Below, one piece after another: positions 40,333 to 49,321 of a DNA stretch of 49,939 bases. The number at the start of each line of letters is the position of its first letter. Position 1 is the first letter of the stretch. The stretch spans positions 1 through 49,939 of the forward strand of contig QZJU01000012.1 in the NCBI GenBank assembly GCA_003597955.1, in the 5' to 3' direction. The notes beneath the pieces are model-generated. The model did not search any database, was not told the DNA's origin, and saw only the letters and a program-made list of their open reading frames with translations. Made by a program: the position numbers and the translations under genes. Source of the DNA: Candidatus Parcubacteria bacterium (GTDB lineage: Bacteria > Patescibacteriota > Patescibacteriia > PEXW01).

Positions 40333-40704
40333 ATGAAGAAAATTTTAGCTTTTGAAGATAATCAAAACTTGTTGGATGAATTTAAAAATGAATATCAAAA
40401 GTTGGGTTTTGAGTTTTTGGGCTTACCTTTCCCGCCAGAGGATTTAATAGCCTTAATTTTGCGATTTAAACCGGATATTATTTCAATGGATGTGACCATG
40501 CCGTATATGGACGGCATTTCCGCGGCTAAAATAATCAAAGCGAATCCCCAAACTGCTGGCATCCCGTTATTTTTTTATACTAACATGGGGAGGCCGGAAG
40601 ATAAGGGACGGGGGAAGGCTTTGGGCGCAGCCGGGTATTTTTTAAAAACCGAAATCAGCCCACTGGAGTTGGTTAAGCTAGTCCCAGGGCTGCTTAATTC
40701 GTAA
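40333..40704 (+). CDS. Single-domain response regulator (CheY-like)
   Basis: KILAFED, PDIISMD..MPYMDG (phospho-acceptor Asp), T and GA.GYFLK. Start reassigned to ATG 40333. Confidence 0.9.
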   Translation: MKKILAFEDNQNLLDEFKNEYQKLGFEFLGLPFPPEDLIALILRFKPDIISMDVTMPYMDGISAAKIIKANPQTAGIPLFFYTNMGRPEDKGRGKALGAAGYFLKTEISPLELVKLVPGLLNS

Positions 40705-40773
40705 TTGCGTTTGCGATTGAACAAAGCTTGGTTTTTCGCCGAAATGTTTTAGATGTATACTTAAATCAAGTTT

Positions 40774-41310
40774 ATGCCGATAAATTCGCCGCCATCAAAT
40801 TCGTCAGTCCGACCGGAAAATTTGGAAAAGGAGCCCGAAGATATTTTTGAATTTGTGGAAAAAACACCAAGCGAAAAGCCGGAAGTGAAGGTTGAAAAAA
40901 TTCGGGAAGCCTTGGAAAAACACGGCGAAAATTTTGAGACCCAGTCCCAACCAACTGTTGAAAGTGAGGAATTGCCCGGTCAAGCGCCGCCAACTGATCA
41001 GCCAACCATGCCTTTGCCGATTACGGCGGAAGAAGAACGTTTTAGGGAAGTAGAACGGGTTTTAGCCGAGGGTTTGCACGACTTGTTTTTAAACTTGCCG
41101 GCGGCTGAACAGCAAAAATTTAAAAACGAAGGCGAGAAAGCCGCTCGAGAGGTGAACGGTCTGTTGGGGCAAGTCAAAGTAAAAATTGATCAGTTAATTT
41201 GGGTGATCCGACGCTGGTTGGCGTCAGTGCCGGGCATAAATAAATTTTTCGTAGAGCAGGAAGCAAAGATAAAAGCGCAAAAATTATTGCTTTTAAAAGA
41301 AAGAAAATAA
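40774..41310 (+). CDS. Conserved hypothetical protein coupled to the VirD4-like ATPase
   Basis: Low-complexity N-terminus, then VE.VL.EGL, FK..GE and WL...PG.N.FF.EQEAKIK. Confidence 0.8.
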   Translation: MPINSPPSNSSVRPENLEKEPEDIFEFVEKTPSEKPEVKVEKIREALEKHGENFETQSQPTVESEELPGQAPPTDQPTMPLPITAEEERFREVERVLAEGLHDLFLNLPAAEQQKFKNEGEKAAREVNGLLGQVKVKIDQLIWVIRRWLASVPGINKFFVEQEAKIKAQKLLLLKERK

Positions 41311-41314
41311 ATTC

Positions 41315-43864
41315 ATGGTAGACTGGCTTTTCCAACCAGCGCTTGCCCAAGAATTAGAAACGGCGGAGGACGCGACCGTCAGTAGTTTGAATGTCCCAAT
41401 CCTAATCGCGACCTTGGGGCTGGCATTAGTTTTTACAGTCTTATTTTTTATTTGGTTGAGAAAACGCAGGCAGCAGAACACGCCCGTGGGTTTACAACGA
41501 GTTTGTTTGCAGATTGCCTTGCCCAAAGAACAACAGAATGAAGATTCTGGCCAAGCTGCTTCTCGCATACAACAAATGCAAGAACAAATTAGCGTCGGCG
41601 AATCATTCTTGTCTTTTTTGGGCAACATGCGGGCGCAACGGTGGTATAACACCTTGGGCCGCGGCCGGAGCGACCATTTTAGTCTGGAAATCGTGGCTGA
41701 CCGGGGGGAAATAAAATTTTATGCGGTCGTGCCCCAACTGATGCAGGAATTCATGGAACAACAGATTCACGCGCAGTATCCGGACGCAGAAATTTCCCTT
41801 GAACCCGAATACAACCCCTTTCGGCCGGATTCCCAAGTGGCGGCGGCCATGTTGGTTCAAAAAAAACAGAAAGTTTTGCCTTTGTTGACTTATCGGCACA
41901 TGGATGTGGATCCGCTTGCCGGCCTGACCAACGCCCTAAGCAAGCTGGAAAAAGACGAAGCCGCCGTCATTCAGTATGTTTGCCGATCTTCGCATCCACG
42001 CTGGCATGCCCAAGCGAATGCCGTCGTTCATCAATTGCAGGCCGGCAAGCGCGGCAGTTTGACCAGCTCGCCTGCCGTTAATGCTATAAAAAATATTTTT
42101 TCGGAGATTTTTCATATCTTTTTTTCCAAGAAAAGCAGCAACGAGCTGGGGAGTCTGAAGCAGCTTTCCCCGGCAGATGAAGAATTAATTCAGCGTTTGC
42201 AGGAAAAAAACAGCAAAGCCGGCTTGGATGTGAATGTCCGGCTGGTGGTTTCCGGGCCGAATCAGAATGCGGCGAGTTTGCGCTTAAAGAACATTATGGA
42301 TGCTTTTGGTCAATACAACGCTTTTGATACCGGCAATGGTCTGGTCAAAAAAAATCCCTGGCGGTTTGAAAAAATCGTGCGGGATTTCATATACCGGGCT
42401 TTTGACCAAAAGCGTTCGGCGCTTTTGAATATCGAAGAATTGGCCGGGATGTGGCATCTGCCTCTGCCTTCCACCGAGACGCCGAATATCCATTGGGTGA
42501 TGTTCCGAACCGCGCCGCCGCCGGTTAATGTCCCCAAAGTCGGGGTGGTTTTGGGCTTAAGCCGTTTTCGGGGCGAAGAACATTTAATCCGGGTGGCGCG
42601 GGAAGATCGGCGCCGGCATATTTACATCATCGGTAAATCCGGAGTCGGAAAGTCAGTTTTGATGACCCAGATGGCCTTGCAGGACATTGCTAATGGCGAC
42701 GGCGCTTGCGTAGTGGATCCGCATGGCGATTTGATCACCGATATTTTGGCGCGTTTGCCAGCTCATCGACAGAAGGATGTGGTGCATTTCAACCCGTCTG
42801 ATGTGGAGTATCCCGTGGGTCTGAATATGCTGGACGCGGCCACACCCGAAGCGCAGGATTTTGCCGTACAAGAGATGATTGCCATATTTATGAAATTGTT
42901 TCCGCCTGAAGTCATTGGGCCGATGTTCGAGCACAATATGCGCAATGTCATGCTAACGCTCATGGCGGATCGCGGAAATCCCGGAACCATCGTGGAAATC
43001 CCGCGGATGTTCACTGACCCGACTTTTCAGAAAGCCAAGGTCGCTAAAGTTACAGATCCCATGGTCCGGGCGTTCTGGGAAAAAGAAATGGCCAAGACTT
43101 CGGATTTTCACAAAAGTGAAATGCTGGGTTACCTGATTTCCAAAGTCGGGCGGTTCGTGGAAAACAGCATGATGCGGAATGTCATCGGTCAGTCCAGAAG
43201 TGGCTTTGATTTTGAAGAAATCATGAACAAAGGCAAAATCCTATTGGTCAATTTGGCCAAAGGCACGACCGGCGAAGTTAATGCCAACCTTTTGGGATTA
43301 ATTATAGTCTCGAAGCTGCAGATGGCGGCTTTGAGGCGCGCCAGCTTGCCGCAAGAACAGCGCAAGGATTTTTTCTTGTATATTGACGAATTCCAAAATT
43401 TCATAACGGATTCCATTGCTACGATTTTGTCCGAAGCGCGGAAGTATCGTTTGAATTTAACCATCGCGCACCAATATGTCGGCCAGCTTACCGATAAGCA
43501 GGACACACGGATTCGCGACGCAGTTTTTGGCAATGTGGGTACGATCGTGGCCTTCCGGGTCGGGGTAGAGGACGCGGACATTTTTGCTCAGGCTTTTGCG
43601 CCAGTCTTTAGTCAATACGATGTGACGAATATGGAAAAATATACGGCCATCGTAAAATTATTGATTGATAACGCCTCTTCCAAGCCCTTTACCATGAACA
43701 CCCTGCCTTTGGGTCAACCCCTGCCGGGCCAGGTGGAAAAATTAATCACCCAGTCCAGGCAAAATTACGGCCGACCCAGAGCGGCTGTGGAAAAAGAAAT
43801 TCTTGAAAGATCCCAGTTGGGTGTTTCCGCCCCGCCGCCAATGGTGGCGGAAAGAAAAGCTTGA
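41315..43864 (+). CDS. VirD4/TrwB-like (type IV coupling protein / HerA-FtsK superfamily) ATPase
   Basis: N-terminal TM; DR.RH.Y.IGKSGVGKS Walker A, DPHGD, YIDEFQNF Walker B, SEARKY and AHQY motifs. Confidence 0.9.
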   Translation: MVDWLFQPALAQELETAEDATVSSLNVPILIATLGLALVFTVLFFIWLRKRRQQNTPVGLQRVCLQIALPKEQQNEDSGQAASRIQQMQEQISVGESFLSFLGNMRAQRWYNTLGRGRSDHFSLEIVADRGEIKFYAVVPQLMQEFMEQQIHAQYPDAEISLEPEYNPFRPDSQVAAAMLVQKKQKVLPLLTYRHMDVDPLAGLTNALSKLEKDEAAVIQYVCRSSHPRWHAQANAVVHQLQAGKRGSLTSSPAVNAIKNIFSEIFHIFFSKKSSNELGSLKQLSPADEELIQRLQEKNSKAGLDVNVRLVVSGPNQNAASLRLKNIMDAFGQYNAFDTGNGLVKKNPWRFEKIVRDFIYRAFDQKRSALLNIEELAGMWHLPLPSTETPNIHWVMFRTAPPPVNVPKVGVVLGLSRFRGEEHLIRVAREDRRRHIYIIGKSGVGKSVLMTQMALQDIANGDGACVVDPHGDLITDILARLPAHRQKDVVHFNPSDVEYPVGLNMLDAATPEAQDFAVQEMIAIFMKLFPPEVIGPMFEHNMRNVMLTLMADRGNPGTIVEIPRMFTDPTFQKAKVAKVTDPMVRAFWEKEMAKTSDFHKSEMLGYLISKVGRFVENSMMRNVIGQSRSGFDFEEIMNKGKILLVNLAKGTTGEVNANLLGLIIVSKLQMAALRRASLPQEQRKDFFLYIDEFQNFITDSIATILSEARKYRLNLTIAHQYVGQLTDKQDTRIRDAVFGNVGTIVAFRVGVEDADIFAQAFAPVFSQYDVTNMEKYTAIVKLLIDNASSKPFTMNTLPLGQPLPGQVEKLITQSRQNYGRPRAAVEKEILERSQLGVSAPPPMVAERKA

Positions 43865-43970
43865 AAATGGGAATTTTTGGCATTATAGCTTATTTTTTCT
43901 TCTGACTCTGACCATACAATTAACAACCAAGGACCTCTGGGGTTTTAATTTTTTAAGACGAGCCGAGATA

Positions 43971-44810
43971 TTATTTCGCACGTTTTTTAATTATCAATCC
44001 CCGGGTTTTTTGGCTTAAATCTTTCAAAAACTCAAGATCAAAGTCGCCAAATTCTCGCATTTTTGTTTCCAGCCAAGGCTGCTGCAAGGGCGAAATTTCC
44101 AAAATTGCATAGGGGATTTGCCGTTTGGAAATTTCCTCAATTAGCCGGTAAATCAGTTCCAAGCCCTGCTTGCCGCCGAATAAGGCGATTCGGGGTTCGG
44201 ACAAAACTCGGGTGGATTCCTGTCGGGTTAAATACGGAAGGTTGCTGACCACAAGGTCAATTTCTTCCGTGGGCTGGAAGGCTTGAAGGAGGTTGCTTTG
44301 CAAAAAGTTAACATTTTTAACCCCGTGATTCCGGCGGTTTTGGCGGGCGACAGTCAAGGCTTTTGAGCTAAAATCCACAGCCAAAATTTTGGCTTGGGGC
44401 AGATATTTGGCCAAAGTAATAGCAATGCAACCTGAACCAGTACCAATGTCAGCGATGGTTATTTTAGAATTTCGCGGAAATTTTTTTAAGACCCAATCAA
44501 CCAGCAATTCAGTTTCCGGCCGGGGGATTAGCACATTTTCATTCACTTTAAATTCCAGGCCGTAGAAGCCTTTTTTGCCTGTCAAATACGCGAAAGGTTC
44601 GCCTTTCAGCCTACGCCTTAGCAGTTTAAAAAGAATCTCGGTATGTTTTCGGCTAATCTTATATTCAGGATGGGAAATGAAAAACTCCCGGGATTTTTTT
44701 GCCGTAAAACCCAAAAGCTCGGCCGCCTCGTTGAAAGTCACGGGAGTTTTTGTTATAAGGCTTTGGACTTTGGAAAAAAGCTCTTGGACCGAAAGATTTT
44801 TAGCCGGCAT
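43971..44810 (-). CDS. prmC: Release factor glutamine methyltransferase
   Basis: RR..GEP.AY..G, VLIPRPETE, DIGTGSG and SNLPY motifs; directly downstream of prfA. Confidence 0.93.
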   Translation of the reverse strand: MPAKNLSVQELFSKVQSLITKTPVTFNEAAELLGFTAKKSREFFISHPEYKISRKHTEILFKLLRRRLKGEPFAYLTGKKGFYGLEFKVNENVLIPRPETELLVDWVLKKFPRNSKITIADIGTGSGCIAITLAKYLPQAKILAVDFSSKALTVARQNRRNHGVKNVNFLQSNLLQAFQPTEEIDLVVSNLPYLTRQESTRVLSEPRIALFGGKQGLELIYRLIEEISKRQIPYAILEISPLQQPWLETKMREFGDFDLEFLKDLSQKTRGLIIKKRAK

Positions 44811-45855
44811 ATTCAAAGTTGTCTCGGCGCCACTTTTGCAGGGCGTCAACGAGCTTGACGATATCGCCGTCCATAATCGCCGAAAGATTATGGAAGTTTT
44901 CCTTAAGCCGATGATCGGTCAAGCGGTCCTGGGGGAAATTATAAGTCCGAATTTTTTCGCTTCGATCGCCGGTCCCCACCTGGCTTTTTCGAAGTCTGGA
45001 TCTTTCCATTTGCCGCTTTTCTTCTTGAATCGCAAAAACACGGGCGCGTAAAACCTCAAGCGCCTTTTCACGATTTTGTTTTTGTGATCTTTCGTCCTGG
45101 CACTTTACCACAATCCCGGTTGGCAAGTGCGTCAACCGTACCGCCGAATAAGTCGTGTTGACTGATTGGCCGCCATGGCCGGAAGAAGTGGTAACTTCAA
45201 TTTTTACATCTTCAGGCCGGATCTGAATATCGCTCTCTTCAACAATCGGCAAAACCGCCACCGTGGCTGTGGAAGTGTGCACGCGCCCGCTTTTTTCCGT
45301 GGCTGGAACCCTTTGTACGCGGTGTACGCCGGATTCCATTCGCAAAGCCCCATATGCTTCAAGACCGCGGACCTCAAAGATGATTTCTTTGTAGCCGCCA
45401 ATGCCCGTGCGGTTGGTATCGACCACGTGCGTGAGCCAGCCTTGGCGCTCGGCAAAACGCATATACATTCTGGAAAGCTCGGCGGCAAAAAGACCTGATT
45501 CGTCGCCGCCCGCGCCGGCTCGGATTTCCACGATAGCTTCTCGGCTGTCTAAAGGGTCTTGGGGTTTTTCAGCTTTGGCGAGTTTTGCTTCGACTTCCTT
45601 GAGCTCCTGCTGAATTCGGGCGGCTTCTTCACTTCCAAGCTTTGCTAATTCCGGATCCGCATCTTGCTGAGCGCCCAGGGCGTCAGCAAGCTGTTTTTCT
45701 AACTGGGTTTTTTCATTCAGCAAGTTTAAATGCTCGACCAAGCTTTTATGGTCGCGAGAAAGTTTCTGCAGGTTTAAAGTGTCGCCGGAAGCCGCGGCGA
45801 CTTGAATTTTCGCCTCCAATGCCTGTTTTTTTTCGAGCAAGCTCTGGGAGTTCAT
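44800..45855 (-). CDS. prfA: Peptide chain release factor 1
   Basis: GGQ motif, RVPATE (PxT RF1 signature) and RTYNFPQ. Confidence 0.97.
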   Translation of the reverse strand: MNSQSLLEKKQALEAKIQVAAASGDTLNLQKLSRDHKSLVEHLNLLNEKTQLEKQLADALGAQQDADPELAKLGSEEAARIQQELKEVEAKLAKAEKPQDPLDSREAIVEIRAGAGGDESGLFAAELSRMYMRFAERQGWLTHVVDTNRTGIGGYKEIIFEVRGLEAYGALRMESGVHRVQRVPATEKSGRVHTSTATVAVLPIVEESDIQIRPEDVKIEVTTSSGHGGQSVNTTYSAVRLTHLPTGIVVKCQDERSQKQNREKALEVLRARVFAIQEEKRQMERSRLRKSQVGTGDRSEKIRTYNFPQDRLTDHRLKENFHNLSAIMDGDIVKLVDALQKWRRDNFEYAG

Positions 45856-45924
45856 AAGATTAGCGCTTTAATAAAAGCCAAAACGCCCTAACCCAAAAGT
45901 TACGGGTGAAGCCGTGAATTGTAT

Positions 45925-46179
45925 TTACTTCTTGGCCTTGGCTTTTTTGTGGGTCAAACGGGCCGTGACTTTGCCCGTTGATTTTTCTTTAATCCGTTTG
46001 AACCGTTCAACCCGGCCTTGGGTGTCGACCACTTTCTGTTTGCCTGTGAAAAGCGGGTGGCAATTAGAGCAGATTTCCACATGAATTTCTTTTTGGGTTG
46101 AACCCGTGGTAAAAACATTGCCGCAGCCGCAAATTACCTTGGCGTCAGAAAAATATTCTGGATGGGTATTTTTTTTCAT
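45925..46179 (-). CDS. rpmE: 50S ribosomal protein L31 (zinc-binding type)
   Basis: MKK..HP.Y, C.CG, CSNCHP.FTG and GRVERF motifs. Confidence 0.96.
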   Translation of the reverse strand: MKKNTHPEYFSDAKVICGCGNVFTTGSTQKEIHVEICSNCHPLFTGKQKVVDTQGRVERFKRIKEKSTGKVTARLTHKKAKAKK

Positions 46180-46299
46180 AAGTCTGTAAAATATAACATA
46201 TTTTTAGTCTTAGTCAACTGCCTTAAAAGCTTAAAAAATATTGGGCCTTGCTGAATCTGAGCTTTTATGTTAGAGTCAGAAATGTTCATTTTAACTCTC

Positions 46300-46385
46300 A
46301 TACGCCGGTTTTAAGATACTTCTTAAATACGGATTGCGTCCTGCCTTATTTAAAACAAGGCCCTAATCCGGCAAAGGCGTAGCGG
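46300..46385 (+). promoter_or_regulatory. Structured rpsB 5' leader (possible S2 autoregulatory element)
   Basis: Nested stems TACGCC/GGCGTA, CGGATT/AATCCG and GCCTT/AAGGC upstream of rpsB. Confidence 0.4.
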
Positions 46386-46405
46386 CAATTAAGAAAGGAT
46401 AATTT

Positions 46406-47119
46406 ATGCGTGAGATTTCACTTTTGGAGATGCTCCAAAAGGGTGTGCATTTTGGTCATCAAGAGTCGAGGTGGAGCCCAAAAATGCGGCCCTATATTTT
46501 TACTTCGCGAAACGGTATTCACATAATTGATCTGGAGGCCACCCGGGATAAAATCCGCTCGGCTTACGATTTTGTCGTTGCCTTGGCCAAAAGTGGCGGT
46601 CAATTACTCTTTGTGGGCACAAAAAGACAGGCGAAAGTTATTGTGCGGAAAGCCGCCGAAACTTGTGGTATGCCTTTCATGGTGGAACGCTGGGTTGGGG
46701 GCGCGTTAACGAATTTCGCGACCATTCACGAATTGATAAAGAAACTAAGACGACTAAAGAGCGAACAGGCAGCCGGCATGCTGGAAAAGTATACAAAAAA
46801 AGAGCAGCTGAACATTCAAAAAGAAATTAACAAATTGCAGAATGAAATTGGCGGACTGGAGATGCTTGAAAAAATTCCCCAGGCTTTATTTGTCGTTGAC
46901 GCCATTAAAGAGCGCACGGCAATTCGGGAAGCAAACAAAATGAACATCCCGGTGGTGGCCATTTGCGACACCAACAGCAATCCCGATTTGATAAAATTTC
47001 CCATTCCGGCTAACGACGATGCCACCAAAGCAATTGATTTCATTTGTAATTTGATGGTTGAGGCCGTGAATGAAGGCAAATCGAATCTTGATTTGACAGC
47101 CAAAGAAATCCAAAAATAA
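46406..47119 (+). CDS. rpsB: 30S ribosomal protein S2
   Basis: GVHFGH, W.PKM.PYI, FVGTK, RW.GG.LTN, DTN and IPANDD motifs. Confidence 0.98.
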   Translation: MREISLLEMLQKGVHFGHQESRWSPKMRPYIFTSRNGIHIIDLEATRDKIRSAYDFVVALAKSGGQLLFVGTKRQAKVIVRKAAETCGMPFMVERWVGGALTNFATIHELIKKLRRLKSEQAAGMLEKYTKKEQLNIQKEINKLQNEIGGLEMLEKIPQALFVVDAIKERTAIREANKMNIPVVAICDTNSNPDLIKFPIPANDDATKAIDFICNLMVEAVNEGKSNLDLTAKEIQK

Positions 47120-47131
47120 CCGAGAAATAAT

Positions 47132-47722
47132 ATGGCAAAGATAAATCTTAACGATGTCCAGAAATTACGCGAACAAACCGGCGTTGGAGTGATGGACGCA
47201 AAAAAAGCTTTAGAAGCAAGCGGCGGCGATTTAGCCGAAGCGATTAAAGCCATGCGCGAAGCGGGCCAGAAAATTGCCGAAAAAAAGCAGGACCGGCAAA
47301 CTCATGCCGGCACAATCGGGGTGTACTTGCACTCGAATAAAAAGATTTTGGCCGCCGTAGTCGTGGCTTGTGAAACGGATTTTGTGGAACGGACAGCGGT
47401 TTTTCAAGAATTGGCTCATGAATTAGCCATGCAGGTTGCGGCTGCGAACCCGAAATACATCAGCGCCGAAGGATTATCAACTGAAGTCATTAAGGCAGAA
47501 ACCGAGATTGCCAAGGCACAAGCCGAAAAAGCCGGCCGGCCAGCAAAAGTCATTGACGAAATTATTAAGGGCAAACTCGCTAAGTTTGCTGAAGAGTATT
47601 GTTTAATGCAGCAAAAGTTTTTTAAAGATGATAAGTTGACTGTGGCAATGGTTGTGCAGGCGGCTGTCCAAAAATTAGGCGAAAACATTCAAATCCGAGA
47701 ATTCATTCGTCTGACAATCTAA
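47132..47722 (+). CDS. tsf: Elongation factor Ts (short form)
   Basis: V.KLRE.TG.G.MD.KKAL, CETDFV and KLGENI.I motifs; follows rpsB. Confidence 0.96.
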   Translation: MAKINLNDVQKLREQTGVGVMDAKKALEASGGDLAEAIKAMREAGQKIAEKKQDRQTHAGTIGVYLHSNKKILAAVVVACETDFVERTAVFQELAHELAMQVAAANPKYISAEGLSTEVIKAETEIAKAQAEKAGRPAKVIDEIIKGKLAKFAEEYCLMQQKFFKDDKLTVAMVVQAAVQKLGENIQIREFIRLTI

Positions 47723-47724
47723 AT

Positions 47725-48618
47725 ATGCTTTTTGATTGGATTACCCTGGGCATTTTTGCAGTTTGCGTGATTGTTTGCGCCGTAATCATTTGGCGCAAAC
47801 TGCCGGCTTTGGCCAGCATTCGCATAGACGCCATTCCAAAGCATCAGCAGGCTGCGCAAAAGCAGGCTCTGCTTGATAAAAGGTTGCAAACCAAACTTGG
47901 CAATTTTGAGGCCCGTATTGTAAGGGGGGTTGAGATGGTTTTTGGGCAAGCTTTTAAATTTTTTAAAAATTTAATTTTGCGCCTAAAAAGGATGGAAAGC
48001 GAATATCGACGCAAGGTGATTACCCAGCAGGCTTTGGACAATCCGGATGTTTTGCGGGCGAAAATCGTAGCAACTTTAAATCAGGCGCAAACCGCCTTAA
48101 ATCAGGGTGACTTGGCCCAAGCCGAACAATTTTTCGTAGATGTTGTAAGTATGGATGCTAAAAATCTTGACGCCTACATTGGCATGGCAGATATCGCGAT
48201 TGCTAAGAAAGATTACGGCAATGCTCGAGAAGCTCTGAATTATGTATTGAAGGTGCAAAAAGACAGTGAGGCCGCATATTTGCGCTTGGGTCGCATCGCG
48301 ACTGATGAAGGCAAACTGACCGAAGCCGAAGCTGATTTTTTGACTACGGTTTCTTTGAACGCGACTACAGCCAGTGCGCATTTTGAACTAGCTGGCATCG
48401 AAGAAAAACTTGGGAATCTAGAAAAAGCCGAAAAGGCTTTTGGGGAGGCAATAAAATTAGAACCGGCAAATCCTAAATACCTGGACGGCCTTCTACAATT
48501 TGCTATAAGACAAAAGAATAAAACCTTGGCTAAGAAATCTTTAGCTAAATTATCCAAAGCAAATCCAGAGAACCAAAAATTGGCGGAGTTATCCAAAGAA
48601 ATTGAAAATTTAGGTTAA
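47725..48618 (+). CDS. Membrane-anchored TPR protein
   Basis: N-terminal TM and about five TPR-like repeats (AY..LG, A...F..AI.L.P). Confidence 0.85.
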   Translation: MLFDWITLGIFAVCVIVCAVIIWRKLPALASIRIDAIPKHQQAAQKQALLDKRLQTKLGNFEARIVRGVEMVFGQAFKFFKNLILRLKRMESEYRRKVITQQALDNPDVLRAKIVATLNQAQTALNQGDLAQAEQFFVDVVSMDAKNLDAYIGMADIAIAKKDYGNAREALNYVLKVQKDSEAAYLRLGRIATDEGKLTEAEADFLTTVSLNATTASAHFELAGIEEKLGNLEKAEKAFGEAIKLEPANPKYLDGLLQFAIRQKNKTLAKKSLAKLSKANPENQKLAELSKEIENLG

Positions 48619-48623
48619 TCTAC

Positions 48624-48771
48624 GCCGATGTAGCTCAGCTGGTAGACCTGCTCGCCTGTCGCCGGGCGCCGGGATAGCTCAGTGGTAGAGCAACTGTTTT
48701 GTAAACAGTAGGTCGGAGGTTCGAATCCTCTTCCCGGCTCCAGGCGATCGGCAGGCGGGGCAACTGTTTTG
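48624..48771 (+). pseudogene. Interrupted 5' fragment of tRNA-Thr(UGU): 48624-48646 plus 48760-48771
   Basis: The joined pieces give GCCGATGTAGCTCAGCTGGTAGA+GCAACTGTTTTG, equal to tRNA positions 1-35. No 3' half follows. Confidence 0.6.
48668..48742 (+). tRNA. tRNA-Thr(UGU)
   Basis: Full cloverleaf: acceptor GCCGGGA/TCCCGGC, anticodon arm ACTGT-TTTGTAA-ACAGT, TTCGAAT T-loop and encoded CCA. Confidence 0.95.
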
Positions 48772-48832
48772 CCTCCCTTGGGGGATGCCCCGGAAGGGCA
48801 ACTCCGGGTTGTTTAAAAAATTGTTTACATAC

Positions 48833-48870
48833 GCCGATGTAGCTCAGCTGGTAGAGCAACTCCATGGTAA
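48833..48870 (+). pseudogene. Orphan 5' half of tRNA-Thr(GGU), ending at the anticodon loop
   Basis: GCCGATG-TA-GCTCAGCTGGTAGAGC-A-ACTCC-ATGGTAA, followed by non-tRNA sequence. Confidence 0.8.
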
Positions 48871-49000
48871 TAAACAGGTCCCCGGCAAAAGAGACAAAAT
48901 CAGCTAACCACAGCCAAGAATCACCGCGAAATGCCATGAGATGGACCTACTCCATCCCAAAGTGGGCCGCGGGCTTCTCAAAAATCATCGTGTACCGTAC

Positions 49001-49273
49001 GCCGTTGTAGCTCAGTTGGTAGAGCAACTCCATGGTGGGCCGCACGCCCCGCCCACGGCCAGGGAAACCTGGTCGTGAATCCCGAATGACGGTCAAAGTC
49101 CGGCAACCCGGATCAGACCGTGGCGCTATCTCAAGCGCCCGAACGACTGACAAGGGGAGCTAACCCCGAAAGGGAAGCTCAAGATACAGTCTAGCCCGCT
49201 TATAGGCTACAAGCCGAAGAAGCGGTGTAAGCGAAGGAGTAGGTCGCCGGTTCAATTCCGGCCAACGGCTCCA
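49001..49273 (+). tRNA. tRNA-Thr(GGU) with intron; exons 49001-49036 and 49234-49273
   Basis: The spliced product is a 76-nt cloverleaf: GCCGTTG/CAACGGC, ACTCC-ATGGT^AA-GGAGT, GCCGG-TTCAATT-CCGGC, CCA. Confidence 0.9.
49037..49233 (+). ncRNA. Group I self-splicing intron (197 nt, no ORF)
   Basis: 5' exon ends in U and the intron ends in G. P4 ACGGTC/GACCGT, P5 TCCGG/CCGGA, P6 GGCGC/GCGCC, P7 GACTG/CAGTC with AAGATACAGTC S-element, P8 GAGCT/AGCTC. Confidence 0.88.
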
Positions 49274-49275
49274 GG

Positions 49276-49308
49276 GAAAAGTACTGCAACGAACTTGCAG
49301 TATTTTTC
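49276..49308 (+). terminator. Terminator-like hairpin after the tRNA
   Basis: GAAAAGTACTGCAA-CGAAC-TTGCAGTATTTTTC. Confidence 0.65.
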
Positions 49309-49321
49309 TAATCCCACACCT

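Noticed and set aside
48621-49036. CRISPR-like array of three TACGCCG(A/T)TGTAGCTCAG repeats
   Set aside because: The repeats are tRNA 5' ends, the spacing is long and irregular, and there are no cas genes.
48635-49153. Minus-strand ORFs 48635-48937 and 48947-49153
   Set aside because: These are antisense translations of tRNA and intron sequence (ELLYQLSY is the reverse of the D-arm).
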